Part shown: positions 1-10,758 of the stretch, piece by piece
Layout of the letters: the number at the start of each line of letters is the position of its first letter
How positions within the stretch are numbered: the first letter of the stretch is position 1
From: Myxococcota bacterium
Lineage (GTDB): Bacteria; Myxococcota_A; UBA796; SXON01
Assembly: GCA_040386535.1 (NCBI GenBank)
Contig: JAZKFH010000019.1
Coordinates: 96,001 to 160,000, forward strand
Direction of reading: 5' to 3'
DNA length: 64,000 bases
Translations under genes and position numbers: made by a program
The notes under the pieces: model-generated
Told to the model about the DNA's origin: nothing
Seen by the model: the letters and a program-made list of their open reading frames with translations, nothing else
Database searches by the model: none

Positions 1-765
1 GGCCTCCTCCACATGGAGGTCATCCACGATCGGCTGGAGCGCGAGTACAACCTCGACCTCATCACCACGGCCCCGTCCGTCGTGTACGAAGTGCGCTTGC
101 GCAACGGCGAGCGCCTCCAGATCCACAGCCCCTCGAAGCTCCCGCCGCTCGGCCAGGTCGAAGCCATCGAGGAGCCGATCGCGAAGCTCACGGTCCACGT
201 GCCCGAGGCCTACGTCGGCAACGTCCTGAAGCTCTGCGAAGACCGCCGCGGCAACCAGCAGAAGTTCGAGTACGCCGGCCCAGGCCGCGTGATCCTCACC
301 TACGAGATCCCCTACGCCGAGGTCGTGTTCGACTTCTTCGACCGTCTCAAGTCGATCTCGCGCGGCTACGCGTCGATGGACTACGAGATCGTGCGGTGGG
401 AAGAGGCCGATCTGGTCAAGCTCGACATCCTCCTCAACGGGGAGGCGGTCGACGCGTTGTCGAACATGTGTCACCGCTCGGTGAGCCACCACAAGGGGCA
501 CGCCCTCGCGACCAAGCTGAAGGACTTCATCCCCCGCCAGATGTTCGACGTGGCGATCCAGGCCGCGATCGGCGTGAAGGTGGTGGCGCGCACCACGGTC
601 AAGGCGATGCGCAAGGACGTGACCGCCAAGTGTTACGGCGGCGACATCTCCCGCAAGCGCAAGCTGCTCGACAAGCAGAAAGAGGGGAAGAAGCGGATGA
701 AGTCGGTCGGGAGCGTCGAGGTGCCCCAGGAGGCCTTCCTCGCCGTGCTCCGGCTCGACGAGTAG
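1..765 (+). CDS. lepA: Elongation factor 4 (LepA), C-terminal part; 5' end lies outside window
   Basis: GLLHMEV...[68 protein letters not shown] are LepA signature segments. Confidence 0.97.
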   Translation, partial: GLLHMEVIHDRLEREYNLDLITTAPSVVYEVRLRNGERLQIHSPSKLPPLGQVEAIEEPIAKLTVHVPEAYVGNVLKLCEDRRGNQQKFEYAGPGRVILTYEIPYAEVVFDFFDRLKSISRGYASMDYEIVRWEEADLVKLDILLNGEAVDALSNMCHRSVSHHKGHALATKLKDFIPRQMFDVAIQAAIGVKVVARTTVKAMRKDVTAKCYGGDISRKRKLLDKQKEGKKRMKSVGSVEVPQEAFLAVLRLDE

Positions 766-780
766 CTCGGGGCCCTTCCT

Positions 781-1623
781 TCAGCCCCGGTCGCCCGCCG
801 AGAGCCGGCGCAAGCGCTCGAGCGCACGCTGCTCCTCCAGGCGGATGCGGTCGGACAGGTCGCGCAGCTCCGGGTGAGCGGCGCCGCGTGCGCCGATCGT
901 GGCCCCGGCGAGCGCCCGTTGGTGCATCGGCGCCAGCGCCTCCGCGGCGGCCCGCACGTCGACAGGGCCGGCCTCCAGCAGCGCGACGCGCTCGTCCACG
1001 CCGGCGAGCAGGCGGGCCTCGTCCTGGGAGCTCGTCGTGGCCGGCGCCGCGGCACCATCGACCTCCCCGGCGCGGCCCATGTCGATCTCCTGCCCCTCGG
1101 GCAGCCGCGCGCTGGCGTTGCGCTCGACGATCGCGGGCTTGCTCGCGTCGGGATCGCCCCCCTCCGCGAGCTGGCCCTGCGCCGGAGCCGTGGCGCGCGG
1201 GTCCTTCCCGCCCGTGCGGTCCAGCGCCGCGGGGCCCTGCCGGGCGGCGAGGTCGCGGGAGGTGGGCCCGAGCTCGGTCAGCGTGGGCGCGGAGGTGAGG
1301 GTGACGGGCGGCGCGTCTGGGAACCAGCGTGCCCGGAAGGCGCCGAGCTCGTCGCGCCACCGACGTGCGGCGGCGCGCTCGTCCTCGGCGTAGGCCCGCA
1401 GGGCGGGGTCGTTCGTTCGGGTGGCGACCGCGTTGCTGAGGCGCTCGGTCAGCTGCATCTGGACGAGGAGGAAGTCGAGCAGCCCCTGGTCCCACTCGAC
1501 CGTCTGTGCGAGGCCGGGGGCCGCGGGGCCCGTGGGAGAGGGCTCGCGGGCCGTCTCCGTGTCGGAGGGCCCACACGCCGACACGATCAGCACCATCGCC
1601 ATCCACAGAGGTGTCGTCCGCAT
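781..1623 (-). CDS. Putative lipoprotein, DUF305-like (ferritin-like helical) with low-complexity insert
   Basis: Lipobox IVSAC; two helical halves resembling DUF305 (DPALRAYAED..., MHQRAL...HPELRDLSDRI). Confidence 0.55.
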   Translation of the reverse strand: MRTTPLWMAMVLIVSACGPSDTETAREPSPTGPAAPGLAQTVEWDQGLLDFLLVQMQLTERLSNAVATRTNDPALRAYAEDERAAARRWRDELGAFRARWFPDAPPVTLTSAPTLTELGPTSRDLAARQGPAALDRTGGKDPRATAPAQGQLAEGGDPDASKPAIVERNASARLPEGQEIDMGRAGEVDGAAAPATTSSQDEARLLAGVDERVALLEAGPVDVRAAAEALAPMHQRALAGATIGARGAAHPELRDLSDRIRLEEQRALERLRRLSAGDRG

Positions 1624-1745
1624 CTGCCCTCCCTGCCGTGTCGTTAGCCACCGCCACGTCCACGTCTGTCACCCGCCCGCCCGTGGACAGGCCTTGACCC
1701 CGGGGGCCCCGACACTAGCTCATCCATGAGAACAGGAGGCGTTCG

Positions 1746-2288
1746 ATGAGGGGCTTTGGCGTGATGGCCGCGTGCCTGCCAGGGATGCTCGCCGGGTGCA
1801 CGGGCGAGGTGGACGTGTACCTGGTCGACCGTTCGGTGGAGCCGCTCGGCGGTGAGCTCGCCATCGAAGAGCTGCTCCTGCCGCTGGACCGGGTGGAGGC
1901 GATGCGGGACGGCGGGTGGGTGGCGCTGGCGCGCGGGCCCGATCCGTACAACCTGCTCGACTTCTCGGGCGAGCCCGGCGTGATCGACCTGGTCACGCTG
2001 CGCGACACCCCCGCACGCGTCGCCCACGACGAGATCGCGGTGGGTCCGATCTCGGCGCTCCGCCTGGTGCTGATGCCGGGCGAGGACTTCGTGATCGAGA
2101 CCTCGAACGGCGTGACCCACCCGCTCACCGTGGCGCCGGACGCGGCGTGGCGGGTCGACCTCTCGCTGGAGGTCGGCGGTGACCTGGCCGCGTCGCAGAC
2201 CTTCGATCTACACGTGCGGGACGCGATCGTCCTCGAGGAGGACGGGACGTGGAGCTTCGCGCCGACGTTGGAGCCGGTCGAGGAGTGA
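1746..2288 (+). CDS. Hypothetical lipoprotein, DUF4382-like
   Basis: AGGAGG RBS upstream; lipobox LAGC; beta-rich acidic body with 'YNLLDF' and 'ISALRLVL'. Confidence 0.55.
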   Translation: MRGFGVMAACLPGMLAGCTGEVDVYLVDRSVEPLGGELAIEELLLPLDRVEAMRDGGWVALARGPDPYNLLDFSGEPGVIDLVTLRDTPARVAHDEIAVGPISALRLVLMPGEDFVIETSNGVTHPLTVAPDAAWRVDLSLEVGGDLAASQTFDLHVRDAIVLEEDGTWSFAPTLEPVEE

Positions 2289-2303
2289 CCGCGGCGTGCC
2301 GAC

Positions 2304-3437
2304 TCACGACGGCGGCGGCGTCGGCGTGGTCGGCAGCGTCTCGTGGACGGGGAGATCGAGCTCGGGCGGCGAGCCGGTGTCGCTCACCTCGATGCCGGCG
2401 TACGCGGCCACCGCCGGCCACGCATCCATCAGCGCGATGAAGACGGCCGCCAGGATGGGCCCCACGAACGCGCCGAAGATGCCGAACGTGGCGATGCCCC
2501 CGAAGATGGCGAGGAGGCTGACCATCGGATGCATCTGCTGGCGCCCCTGCAAGACCGCGGGGCGCACGATGTTGTCGACCACCCCGGCGACACACCCCGC
2601 GGCGAAGAGGGCGAGCGCGAACCACGGACCACGCTCGAACCAGAGCCAAACGATTCCGGTGAGGTACACGGGCGCCACCCCGAGCATGGGCACCCACGCG
2701 AAGATGAACGCGAGCCCCGCCGCGACGTAGGCGGCGGGTACGCCGAGCGCGAGGAAGCTGATCAGCGTCACGATGGTCTGGGCGCCGGCGGCGGCCAGGG
2801 ACGCGAGGACCACGGCGCCGGCGCTCTCACGGAAGGAGAGCTGGAGCACCTCGAGGATCTGCGGGGGCAGCGGCACCTTGCCGGAGAGCCACACGACGAA
2901 GCGGCGCCCGTCCACGAGGAAGAAGTAGCAGGCGAGCAGCCCCAGGCCGGCGTGGAGCAGGAGCTCCGGCACCTGGGCGAGCGCCGCGAGCACGAGGTTG
3001 GTCACCGTCGTGGCGGCGCGGCCGAGGCCCTCCTGGAGCTGCTCTTCGAGCGCGCCGGGGTTGGCGAGCAGGCGGCGCAGGGGGCCCCACTCGCGGAGCC
3101 GCGCGATGTGGGCGTCGATGTCGAGGACACCCGTGCTGGCGAGGGCCCCGGGCAGCGCCGCCGCCTCCTGGAGCGCCGCCCAGACGAACAGCGAGGTCGG
3201 CGTGACCACGAGCGTGAAGATGGCGAAGGTGACGAGCCCGCTCGCGAGGCCCGGCCGGAGCCCGCGGCGACGGAGACGCCGGTAGATCGGGTCGGCGATG
3301 ACCGCGACGATGCCCGCGAGGAGCAGCGTGAGCGCGTACGGGAGCAGGAGGAAGAGGACGGGCACGCCGACCGCGAGCAGGAGCAGGAGGAACGCGTAGA
3401 GCGTGGTTCGCCGCTCGCGCTCGCGGGGGGTTGCCAT
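2304..3437 (-). CDS. AI-2E family (PerM/TqsA-like) transporter
   Basis: Multi-TM protein starting MATPRERERR; VVDNIVRP, MHPMVSLLAIFGGIATFGIFGAFVGP family motif. Confidence 0.9.
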   Translation of the reverse strand: MATPRERERRTTLYAFLLLLLAVGVPVLFLLLPYALTLLLAGIVAVIADPIYRRLRRRGLRPGLASGLVTFAIFTLVVTPTSLFVWAALQEAAALPGALASTGVLDIDAHIARLREWGPLRRLLANPGALEEQLQEGLGRAATTVTNLVLAALAQVPELLLHAGLGLLACYFFLVDGRRFVVWLSGKVPLPPQILEVLQLSFRESAGAVVLASLAAAGAQTIVTLISFLALGVPAAYVAAGLAFIFAWVPMLGVAPVYLTGIVWLWFERGPWFALALFAAGCVAGVVDNIVRPAVLQGRQQMHPMVSLLAIFGGIATFGIFGAFVGPILAAVFIALMDAWPAVAAYAGIEVSDTGSPPELDLPVHETLPTTPTPPPS

Positions 3438-3527
3438 GCTTCCAACGTAGGCATGCGGGGCATCGCGGGTGCCTGCATCGACGGGGGCGTGGGCGCGTTG
3501 TACCGTGCGCGCGTCCCGGAGCTCCCG

Positions 3528-5066
3528 ATGCGCCTTGTCCCCCTCTTCGCCCTCCTCGCCTGCACGGGCCCCAAGGACCCCGCCGACGACACCGCCCCCG
3601 TCGAGGAGACCGCCGCGCCCGACACGGAGGAGACCGCCATCGAGACGGGCGACTCCTCGCCCCCGGTCGAGACCGGCGAGACCGCGGAGACGGACGAGCC
3701 CTTCATCGACAATGACGGCGACGGCGTGTCGCCCGACTTCGGAGACTGCAACGACGCCGACCCGCTCGTGTACGCGGGCGCGCCGGACGTGGTGTGTGAC
3801 GGCGTGGACGCCGACTGTGACGGCGTGGGGGTGGCGGACGCGTTCGTCAACGGCGAGAGGCGCCACGTCGATCTCGCGACCGCCTTGGCCGGCGCCGTCG
3901 ACGGCGACACGATCGACGTGTGCCCGGGCATCTGGGTGCAGAACGTCACCCTGGACACCCCGATGACGCTGACGTTGCGGGGCTGGTCGGGCACCAACGC
4001 CGACACGGAGCTCGACGGCGGCAGCCTGGGCCCGGTGCTGACGATCGGGCCCGGCGTGAACCTGACGATCGAGGACCTCGGGCTCGTCAACGGCGTCGCC
4101 ACCTGGCAGGACGAGGACGTGGAGCAGAGCGGCGGCGCCATCTGGGCGGACGACGCGTTCCTGACCCTGCGGCGCGCGCGCTTCACCAACAACACCTCCC
4201 AGGACATCGGCGGTGGCGTCGCCATCCGCCTCGGGGACCCCGCGTCGGGCCTCGTGGTCGAGGCGTGCGACTTCACCGACAACCGCGCGTCGAGCAGCGG
4301 CGGCGCGATCGCGGTGCTGGGGAGCGGCGCGGTCACCATCACCGACACGACGTTCACCTCGAACCGCGCGCCGAACCAGGGCGGCGCCGTGCACCTCGAC
4401 GGGGCCCCCCTCACCACGACCGTGACGGACTGCGCGTTCGTGGAGAACTCCACGAGCGGGCGGCGGGGCACGGGCGGGGCGATCGCGGGCGAGGGGGACG
4501 AGGTGAGCCTCATCGTCACCGGCACCACGTTCTCGAGCAACACGAGCGGCGCGGATGGCGCGGCCATCGGAATGTTGGCGACCCGCTCGTCCATGTTCCT
4601 CGACAGCGACACGTTCTCGGCGAACAGCGCCACGGACGGCGGCGGCGCCGTCCAGGTCGACTCCGAGGCGATGGATCTGGAGCTCGTCTCCTGCTTGTTC
4701 GACGGCAACCTCGCCAGCACGCAGGGCGGCGCCGTGGAGCTCATGGGCGGAGGCACCGCCGTGTTCGACACGGTCACGACCACGAACAACTCGGGCGGCA
4801 ACGCCGGCGGCGCCTACTACCTCGACGAGGGTGACGGGCTCACGCTCGTGCTCGTGCTGGACGGCGGCGGGGTGACCACCAACCGCGCGGGCATCGGCGG
4901 CGGGGGCGGCGTCTACTCGACCGGGGCCCGCGTGGAGGCCACCACCGTGGACTTCGGCGCCGACGCCGCCACCAACAGCCCCGAGGACGTGTACGGCTGC
5001 GCCTCCAACTTCACGACCAGCGCGACGTTCGTGTTCGACGAGTCGATCGGGGCGCTCTGTCAGTAG
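3528..5066 (+). CDS. Secreted lipoprotein with Asp/Cys 'putative metal-binding' motif and right-handed beta-helix (polymorphic outer-membrane-type GGAI/FxxN repeats)
   Basis: MRLVPLFALLAC start; DNDGDG...DCND...YAGAPDVVCDGVDADCDG; many GGAI...FxxN repeats. Confidence 0.8.
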   Translation: MRLVPLFALLACTGPKDPADDTAPVEETAAPDTEETAIETGDSSPPVETGETAETDEPFIDNDGDGVSPDFGDCNDADPLVYAGAPDVVCDGVDADCDGVGVADAFVNGERRHVDLATALAGAVDGDTIDVCPGIWVQNVTLDTPMTLTLRGWSGTNADTELDGGSLGPVLTIGPGVNLTIEDLGLVNGVATWQDEDVEQSGGAIWADDAFLTLRRARFTNNTSQDIGGGVAIRLGDPASGLVVEACDFTDNRASSSGGAIAVLGSGAVTITDTTFTSNRAPNQGGAVHLDGAPLTTTVTDCAFVENSTSGRRGTGGAIAGEGDEVSLIVTGTTFSSNTSGADGAAIGMLATRSSMFLDSDTFSANSATDGGGAVQVDSEAMDLELVSCLFDGNLASTQGGAVELMGGGTAVFDTVTTTNNSGGNAGGAYYLDEGDGLTLVLVLDGGGVTTNRAGIGGGGGVYSTGARVEATTVDFGADAATNSPEDVYGCASNFTTSATFVFDESIGALCQ

Positions 5067-5081
5067 GAGGCGGCGGAGGAC

Positions 5082-6992
5082 CTACTCCAGCACCGTGAGC
5101 CCCGCGTACACGTGCTTCGGCAGTGGCCGGCGCGGCCGACGGTCCACCCCCTCGACCAGGATCCGCGCGGTGTCGTCGTCGCAGGCCCAGCCGGGGAGCG
5201 GCAGGCGGGTCGGGCCGCGGACGACCACCGTGGACACGGGCCCGCCGCAGCTCCACCGCACGTTGACGAGCTGCCCGTCGTCCGCGAGGGGCTCCGCGGC
5301 GAGGAGGAGCGCGAGGCCGGCCGCTTCGGCGCGCGGGAGCGGGCGCCCGGTCTGCCGCAGAGGCGCGACGGGCTCCGCGGCCGCGTTGATGTCGAAAGGC
5401 GCGAAGAGCGCGTACGGGAGGGCTTCGAGGAGCCGGTCCGCGGGGAAGCGGCGCGTGGCCTCGTCCGCGACCCGCGCGGCGTCCACGAGGCGGCCTCGCC
5501 GTGCGAGGTCGAGCGCGTGGTACCAGGTGACGGGCCCCTGCGAGGGGTACCGCGCGTGGAGCGCCGCCCAGCGTGCGCCCACCTGCTCGGGGGTCGGGCG
5601 CTCCGTCGTGAGGCGGAATTGCAGCGCCGTGCCTTGTGGATAGGTGACGGGCTGGGCGGACGGCAGGCGCACCCAGGGCACGGGGCGGGCGAAGACGTCG
5701 TCGCCGTACTTCATCCGGCGCACGAGGGCGGGTGCGCCGGCGCCGCTCAAACGCGCGCGCAGGGGGGCGTCGGCCGCCTCGGGCTCGAGCCAGGCCTGCG
5801 CGATCTGGCGGTCGGTGAGGCCCACGAGGTCGATGATGCGCACGCCGACGACGTTGCCGGGCATGCCGACGTCTTCGAGCACCACGCCGCCGTTCCAGGG
5901 GGCGCCGTCCACAATCCAGGTCACGTCCTCGAGCTGCGTGGTGTCCAGCGCGGTGCGGAACCACCGCAGGGGTGTCATCAGGTCGCGCACGTCCCGCAAC
6001 GCGATCCCTTCGAGGGTGACGCTGGGCGGGACGAGCGACCCGGCGCACCCGACGATGGCGAGGAGGCCGACGAGGGGGGCCCGCCCGAGCCGACGCGGCT
6101 GCTCGACGGAGGCGGCCCATGCCACCACCGTGGCGCAAACCCCCGGCAGCAGGTGCCGCCCGTGGCCCATCCAGTCGGCCTCGGCGTTGAGCTCGACCGC
6201 GCACTGGACGAGGAACGGGATGAGCGCGAGCGGGCGGAGCGGGAAGGCCACGATCAGCACGGCGCCGATGCCGGTGAGCGTGAGCAGCTCCCAGCCCCAC
6301 TGGCCCCACTGCGGGCCGAACGGATCGGTGGCGGCCACCTTCACGAGGTAGGGCGTCGGGAGGAAGTGTCCGTAGTAGCCGACGCGGAGGAGGTGGTAGG
6401 CGGCGAGCGCGAGTCCGGTCCCCATGACCACGCGGCGCGCTCGGCTCTCTCCGCGCACCAGCAGGAGCACGGCGCCGAGGGCGAAGTGGGCGTTGCCCTC
6501 GGGGTGCGCGGTCGCGGCCAGCAAGAGGGCGCCGAGGCCCACCAACGGCTCCGCCGGGCGCGCGAGGACGCACGTCCACCCCACGGTCAGGAGCAGCGCG
6601 AACAACGTGGTCTCCATGCCTACGAAGCTCCACCACGCGAGCGGCTCCCACGTGACCAGCGCGGCGAGGAGAAGGAGCCCCGCGGCGCTCCGGGGGACCC
6701 GGGTGGCCGCGAACACCACGATGGCGCAGCCGCAGAGGACCGCGAGCCGCTTCACGAACAGGTTCGCGTCGTCACCGCCGAGCGCGATCCAGGCCGTGGC
6801 CAGGGTGAGCTGCAGGAAGCTGGAGCACGCCTCGACGATCTCGCCGGTGCCCCACCGCGGCAGGCCCGTGGCGGCCCACTCGTGGGCGAACGCGAGCGTG
6901 ATCAGCTGGTCGTCGATCTGTTGGGGCCAAGCCGGCGCGCCCAGGCACACGAGCACCGCGACGGCCAGCAGGGGGAGGACGCGCCAGGACAC
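5082..6992 (-). CDS. Integral membrane GT-C-like glycosyltransferase (arabinofuranosyltransferase-like family)
   Basis: DDQLIT...GEIVEACSSFL, GMETTLF, YYGHFLPTPYLVK, IIDLVGLTD motifs; multiple TM helices. Confidence 0.6.
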   Translation of the reverse strand: MSWRVLPLLAVAVLVCLGAPAWPQQIDDQLITLAFAHEWAATGLPRWGTGEIVEACSSFLQLTLATAWIALGGDDANLFVKRLAVLCGCAIVVFAATRVPRSAAGLLLLAALVTWEPLAWWSFVGMETTLFALLLTVGWTCVLARPAEPLVGLGALLLAATAHPEGNAHFALGAVLLLVRGESRARRVVMGTGLALAAYHLLRVGYYGHFLPTPYLVKVAATDPFGPQWGQWGWELLTLTGIGAVLIVAFPLRPLALIPFLVQCAVELNAEADWMGHGRHLLPGVCATVVAWAASVEQPRRLGRAPLVGLLAIVGCAGSLVPPSVTLEGIALRDVRDLMTPLRWFRTALDTTQLEDVTWIVDGAPWNGGVVLEDVGMPGNVVGVRIIDLVGLTDRQIAQAWLEPEAADAPLRARLSGAGAPALVRRMKYGDDVFARPVPWVRLPSAQPVTYPQGTALQFRLTTERPTPEQVGARWAALHARYPSQGPVTWYHALDLARRGRLVDAARVADEATRRFPADRLLEALPYALFAPFDINAAAEPVAPLRQTGRPLPRAEAAGLALLLAAEPLADDGQLVNVRWSCGGPVSTVVVRGPTRLPLPGWACDDDTARILVEGVDRRPRRPLPKHVYAGLTVLE

Positions 6993-7073
6993 GGGCGGCG
7001 CCGTAACGGCGTCGGGAACGGAGGGCGACAGGAGAGTCGAGGCCGTTTAAGGCCCTGGAGCCCCGGAGCCCCG

Positions 7074-7751
7074 ATGCCGATCCTCCTGCTCTCCCGCCCG
7101 CGTCCGCTCACCTCCGCCGAGATCCGGCTCCTGCCGAAAGGCTGCGTCGCGACAGATGGCGCCGGGGGGTTGGTCGCGCGTGCCGATCTCGACCTGCCGC
7201 TCGCGGCCCTGCTCGGGTACGCCGTCGCGATGGGGCGCGCCGTGCCCGACGCGTTCTTCGGGGTGCAGGAGCACGCCGCCGCGCCGGTCGTCGACACGGG
7301 CGCCCCCGCCCCTGACGGTACGCGCGCTGTCGCGGTGCCCCCACCCGCCGCCGCGCCGGCCGCCGCGCCGCCGGAAGAGACCATCACGGAGACCGACCCG
7401 TGGAAGCTGGTCGACGCGGGCAAGGTCGCCGAGGCCGAACGCGTGTTCGCGTCGGGCAACGGCCTCGATCCCGCGGGGCGCGATCGCTGTCGCCGGCTGC
7501 AGTCCAGCGGCGATCCGGAGGAGGTGGCGCTCGGCTGCCGCATCGCGCGCCTCACCAACTGGAAGTCCATCGTGGTGAACCTGCGCCCGCTGCTCAAGCA
7601 CGCCCACCCGGCCGTGCGGCGGGACGCCGCGGAGGCGATTGGCGCCCTGGCGGGCCCCTCCATGGCGGCCACGGTGCGGCTGCTCATCAACGATCCGGAC
7701 GCCGAGGTCAAGGCTGCCGCCGTCGCGGCGCTGGCACGTTTGGGAGGGTGA
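7074..7751 (+). CDS. HEAT-repeat protein
   Basis: C-terminal LLKHAHPAVRRDAAEAIG and LINDPDAEVKAAAVAAL HEAT repeats. Confidence 0.7.
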   Translation: MPILLLSRPRPLTSAEIRLLPKGCVATDGAGGLVARADLDLPLAALLGYAVAMGRAVPDAFFGVQEHAAAPVVDTGAPAPDGTRAVAVPPPAAAPAAAPPEETITETDPWKLVDAGKVAEAERVFASGNGLDPAGRDRCRRLQSSGDPEEVALGCRIARLTNWKSIVVNLRPLLKHAHPAVRRDAAEAIGALAGPSMAATVRLLINDPDAEVKAAAVAALARLGG

Positions 7752-7866
7752 CACCTGTCACCGAGGACGACTCGGTGACACCGCCGGCGCGGTTTCGGCC
7801 GCTTCGTTGCGCTGCGTTCATCGTGCGGATACCCGATCCGCTCGAGCCAAAGCGAGACACGTGCCA

Positions 7867-10233
7867 ATGCCGAACACCCGCCAAGGCACCGAGCCGCCGA
7901 CCACCCCGCCGACCGGCGTCCCTCCGTGTGAAACGGACACGATTGTGCGTAGATACGAAGCCTTGAGGGGGGTCGTCCGGCAGAAGGTCGTCATCTTGAC
8001 ACCCGATGGTTCGCTCCTCGGGCCCCAGGCGGACTGGGAGGCGATGACGGGGGAGCACGCGGACTACGACGGCTTCGGTTGGATCCGCTCCCTCCACCCG
8101 GAGGACCGCGAGCGCGTGCTCCAACGGTGGCGGCAGGAGGCGCCGCACGGCCTGGCGTTCGGGGACGAGTACCGGCTGCGCGACGAGAACGGTCGATATC
8201 GCTCGTTCTCCGTGCGCGCCGCCCCGATCCATGCGGACGACCAGTCGCTCGCCGAGTACCTGGTGGTGTTCCACGACGTCTCGGAGCGTCGCAACGAGGC
8301 CGAGCGTACGACGCAAGCCCTCGACGCGCTCAACGATCTGAAGGCCGCGATCGACGAGCACGCCATCGTGGCCATCACGGACGCCCGCGGCAGGATCACG
8401 TACGTGAACGAGAAGTTCTGCGCCATCTCGCGGTACCCGCGCGAGGAGCTCATCGGGCAGGACCACCGGATCATCAACTCGGGCCACCATCCCAAGCCGT
8501 TCATCCAGAACCTCTGGCAGACCATCAGCAGCGGCCGGGTGTGGAAGGGAGAGATCAAGAACAAGGCCAAGGATGGGACGCTCTACTGGGTGGACACGAC
8601 GATCGTGCCGTACCTGGGCGCGGACGGAAAGCCCATCCAATACATCGCCATCCGGGCGGACATCACGGAGCGAAAGCGCGCCGAGGAGCGCATGGCGAGC
8701 GCCATGCGCGAGCTGAACGACGTGAAGGCGGCCCTCGATCATCACGCCATCGTCGCGGTCACCAATCCACGGGGGACCATCACGTACGTCAACGACAAGT
8801 TCTGCGCCATCTCCAAGTACACGCGGGAGGAGCTGATCGGGCAAGACCACCGGATCATCAACTCCGGCCACCATCCGCGTGAGTTCATCCGCGGCCTGTG
8901 GCAGACCATCGGCGATGGCCGGGTGTGGAAGGGGGAGATCAAGAACAAGGCGAAGGACGGCACGTTCTACTGGGTGGACACGACGATCGTCCCGTACCTC
9001 GGCGAGGACGGGAAGCCGTTCCAATACATCGCCATCCGGGCCGACATCACCGATCGCAAGCTGGCGGACGAGCAGACCAACCAGGCGCTACGCGAGCTGA
9101 ACGATGTGAAATCGGCGCTCGACGAGCACGCCATCGTCGCGATCACCGACGCGCGCGGGCGCATCACCTACGTCAACGACAAGTTCTGCGCGATCTCCAA
9201 GTACCCGCGTCACGAGCTGCTCGGCCAGGACCATCGGATCATCAACTCACACCATCATCCCAAAGAATTCATCCGGAGCATCTGGCAGGCCATCGGCGAC
9301 GGGCGCGTGTGGAAAGGAGAGATAAAGAACAAGGCCAAGGATGGAACGTTTTATTGGGTGGACACGACCATCGTGCCCTACCTGGGTGTCGACGGAAGGC
9401 CGGTCCAATACATCGCCATCCGCGCGGACATCACCGAGCGGAAGGAGGCGGAGACCGCGCTCCACGACGCCCAGGTCCAACTCCAGCGCCACGCCACGAC
9501 CCTCGAGGAGACCGTCGAGCTCCGTACCGCCGCGCTGCGCGACACCATCGGCGAGCTCGAGGCCTTCTCCTACAGTGTGTCCCACGACATGCGCGCGCCA
9601 CTCCGGGCGATGCAGAGCTTCTCCAAGATCCTCGCGGAGGAGTGCGCGGACGAGGTGAGCCCGGTCGGCCAGGACTACATCCGGCGGATCAACAGCGCCG
9701 CGGCGCGGATGGACAGCCTGATCAAGGACGTGCTCACCTACAGCCGGGTGACACGCACCGAGCTCTCGCTCGAGCCGGTGAGCCTGGACTCGCTCTTGCG
9801 TGACATCATCGACACCTACCCGAGCCTGCAGGAGCCCGCTGCACGGGTGGAGATCATCGGCGTCATTCCGGATGTGTTGGCGATCCCTGCCGTGTTGACC
9901 CAATGCGTCTCGAACCTCCTCGGAAACGCCGTGAAGTTCGTGGGCGCCGACGTGTCCCCGTTCGTACAGGTGTGGGCCGAGGACCGCGGCGCGCACGTCC
10001 GGATCTCCTTCAAGGACAATGGCTTCGGCATCGAATCCGACGCGTTGGAGCGTATCTTCGGCATCTTCCAGCGGGTGAGCACGTCCCACGAAGGGACGGG
10101 GATCGGACTCGCCATCGTCAAGAAGGGCGTCGAGCGGCTCGGAGGTGCGGTGGGCGTCGTCTCCTCTCCGGGCTCGGGGTCCACCTTCTGGTTAGACCTG
10201 CGCAAGTCTCCCCCGGATCCGAACCATGCTTGA
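7867..10233 (+). CDS. Cytoplasmic multi-PAS sensor histidine kinase (start codon uncertain)
   Basis: One PAS_3-like domain plus three near-identical PAS-PAC domains; HisKA FSYSVSHDMRAP; HATPase NLLGNAVKF, DNGFGI, GTGIGLAIV. Confidence 0.95.
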   Translation: MPNTRQGTEPPTTPPTGVPPCETDTIVRRYEALRGVVRQKVVILTPDGSLLGPQADWEAMTGEHADYDGFGWIRSLHPEDRERVLQRWRQEAPHGLAFGDEYRLRDENGRYRSFSVRAAPIHADDQSLAEYLVVFHDVSERRNEAERTTQALDALNDLKAAIDEHAIVAITDARGRITYVNEKFCAISRYPREELIGQDHRIINSGHHPKPFIQNLWQTISSGRVWKGEIKNKAKDGTLYWVDTTIVPYLGADGKPIQYIAIRADITERKRAEERMASAMRELNDVKAALDHHAIVAVTNPRGTITYVNDKFCAISKYTREELIGQDHRIINSGHHPREFIRGLWQTIGDGRVWKGEIKNKAKDGTFYWVDTTIVPYLGEDGKPFQYIAIRADITDRKLADEQTNQALRELNDVKSALDEHAIVAITDARGRITYVNDKFCAISKYPRHELLGQDHRIINSHHHPKEFIRSIWQAIGDGRVWKGEIKNKAKDGTFYWVDTTIVPYLGVDGRPVQYIAIRADITERKEAETALHDAQVQLQRHATTLEETVELRTAALRDTIGELEAFSYSVSHDMRAPLRAMQSFSKILAEECADEVSPVGQDYIRRINSAAARMDSLIKDVLTYSRVTRTELSLEPVSLDSLLRDIIDTYPSLQEPAARVEIIGVIPDVLAIPAVLTQCVSNLLGNAVKFVGADVSPFVQVWAEDRGAHVRISFKDNGFGIESDALERIFGIFQRVSTSHEGTGIGLAIVKKGVERLGGAVGVVSSPGSGSTFWLDLRKSPPDPNHA
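8329..9480 (+). repeat. Three tandem 384-bp (128-aa) PAS-PAC coding repeats
   Basis: Units begin at 8329, 8713 and 9097 (LNDLK/LNDVK...HAIVA...YVN.KFCAIS.Y...WKGEIKNKAKDGT.YWVDTTIVPYLG). Confidence 0.9.
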
Positions 10234-10708
10234 CCCGATTCTCTACGCGGAAGACGACGAGAACGACGTCTTCCTGATGAAGCGTGCGTTTCGCAAGCTG
10301 GGAATCGCCAACCCCATCCACTTCGCTTGCGACGGCAAGGAGGCGGTCGATTACCTGGCTGGCATCGGGGCGTTCCAGGACAGGGTGGAGCATCCGCTCC
10401 CATGTCTCGTCCTGCTCGACCTGAGCATGCCCGGCAAGCACGGCCTCGAGGTCCTCAAGTGGATCCGGAGCACGCCCGCGCTCACCGGGCTACCCGTGGT
10501 CGTCCTGAGCTCCTCCAACCAGGAGAGCGACGTTCATCGAGCCTACCTTCTCGGTGCCAACGGCTTTCTCATGAAGCCCGGCGATCCCGACGAGCTCCTG
10601 AAGATCATGCGTCGAGTGCAGAGTTATTGGTTGGCGGACGAGCGCCCGGTTGGGACGTTCGTGGACTTTGCCGCCGAGGAGTGTGTGCCACCGCCGCGGG
10701 ACCGGTAG
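10226..10708 (+). CDS. Single-domain response regulator (Rcp1/CheY-like)
   Basis: AEDDEND, LLDLSMP, VVLSSS, KP; overlaps kinase stop. Confidence 0.95.
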   Translation: MLDPILYAEDDENDVFLMKRAFRKLGIANPIHFACDGKEAVDYLAGIGAFQDRVEHPLPCLVLLDLSMPGKHGLEVLKWIRSTPALTGLPVVVLSSSNQESDVHRAYLLGANGFLMKPGDPDELLKIMRRVQSYWLADERPVGTFVDFAAEECVPPPRDR

Positions 10709-10758
10709 GCAAGCTCGATCGCGGCGGAGTTACGTAGGGGTTTCAGCTTGGAAAGCGA

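Noticed and set aside
7748..7780. Overlapping GTGAC/GTCAC hairpins upstream of the histidine kinase
   Set aside because: Short stems with no U-tract; cannot distinguish from chance or assign a function.
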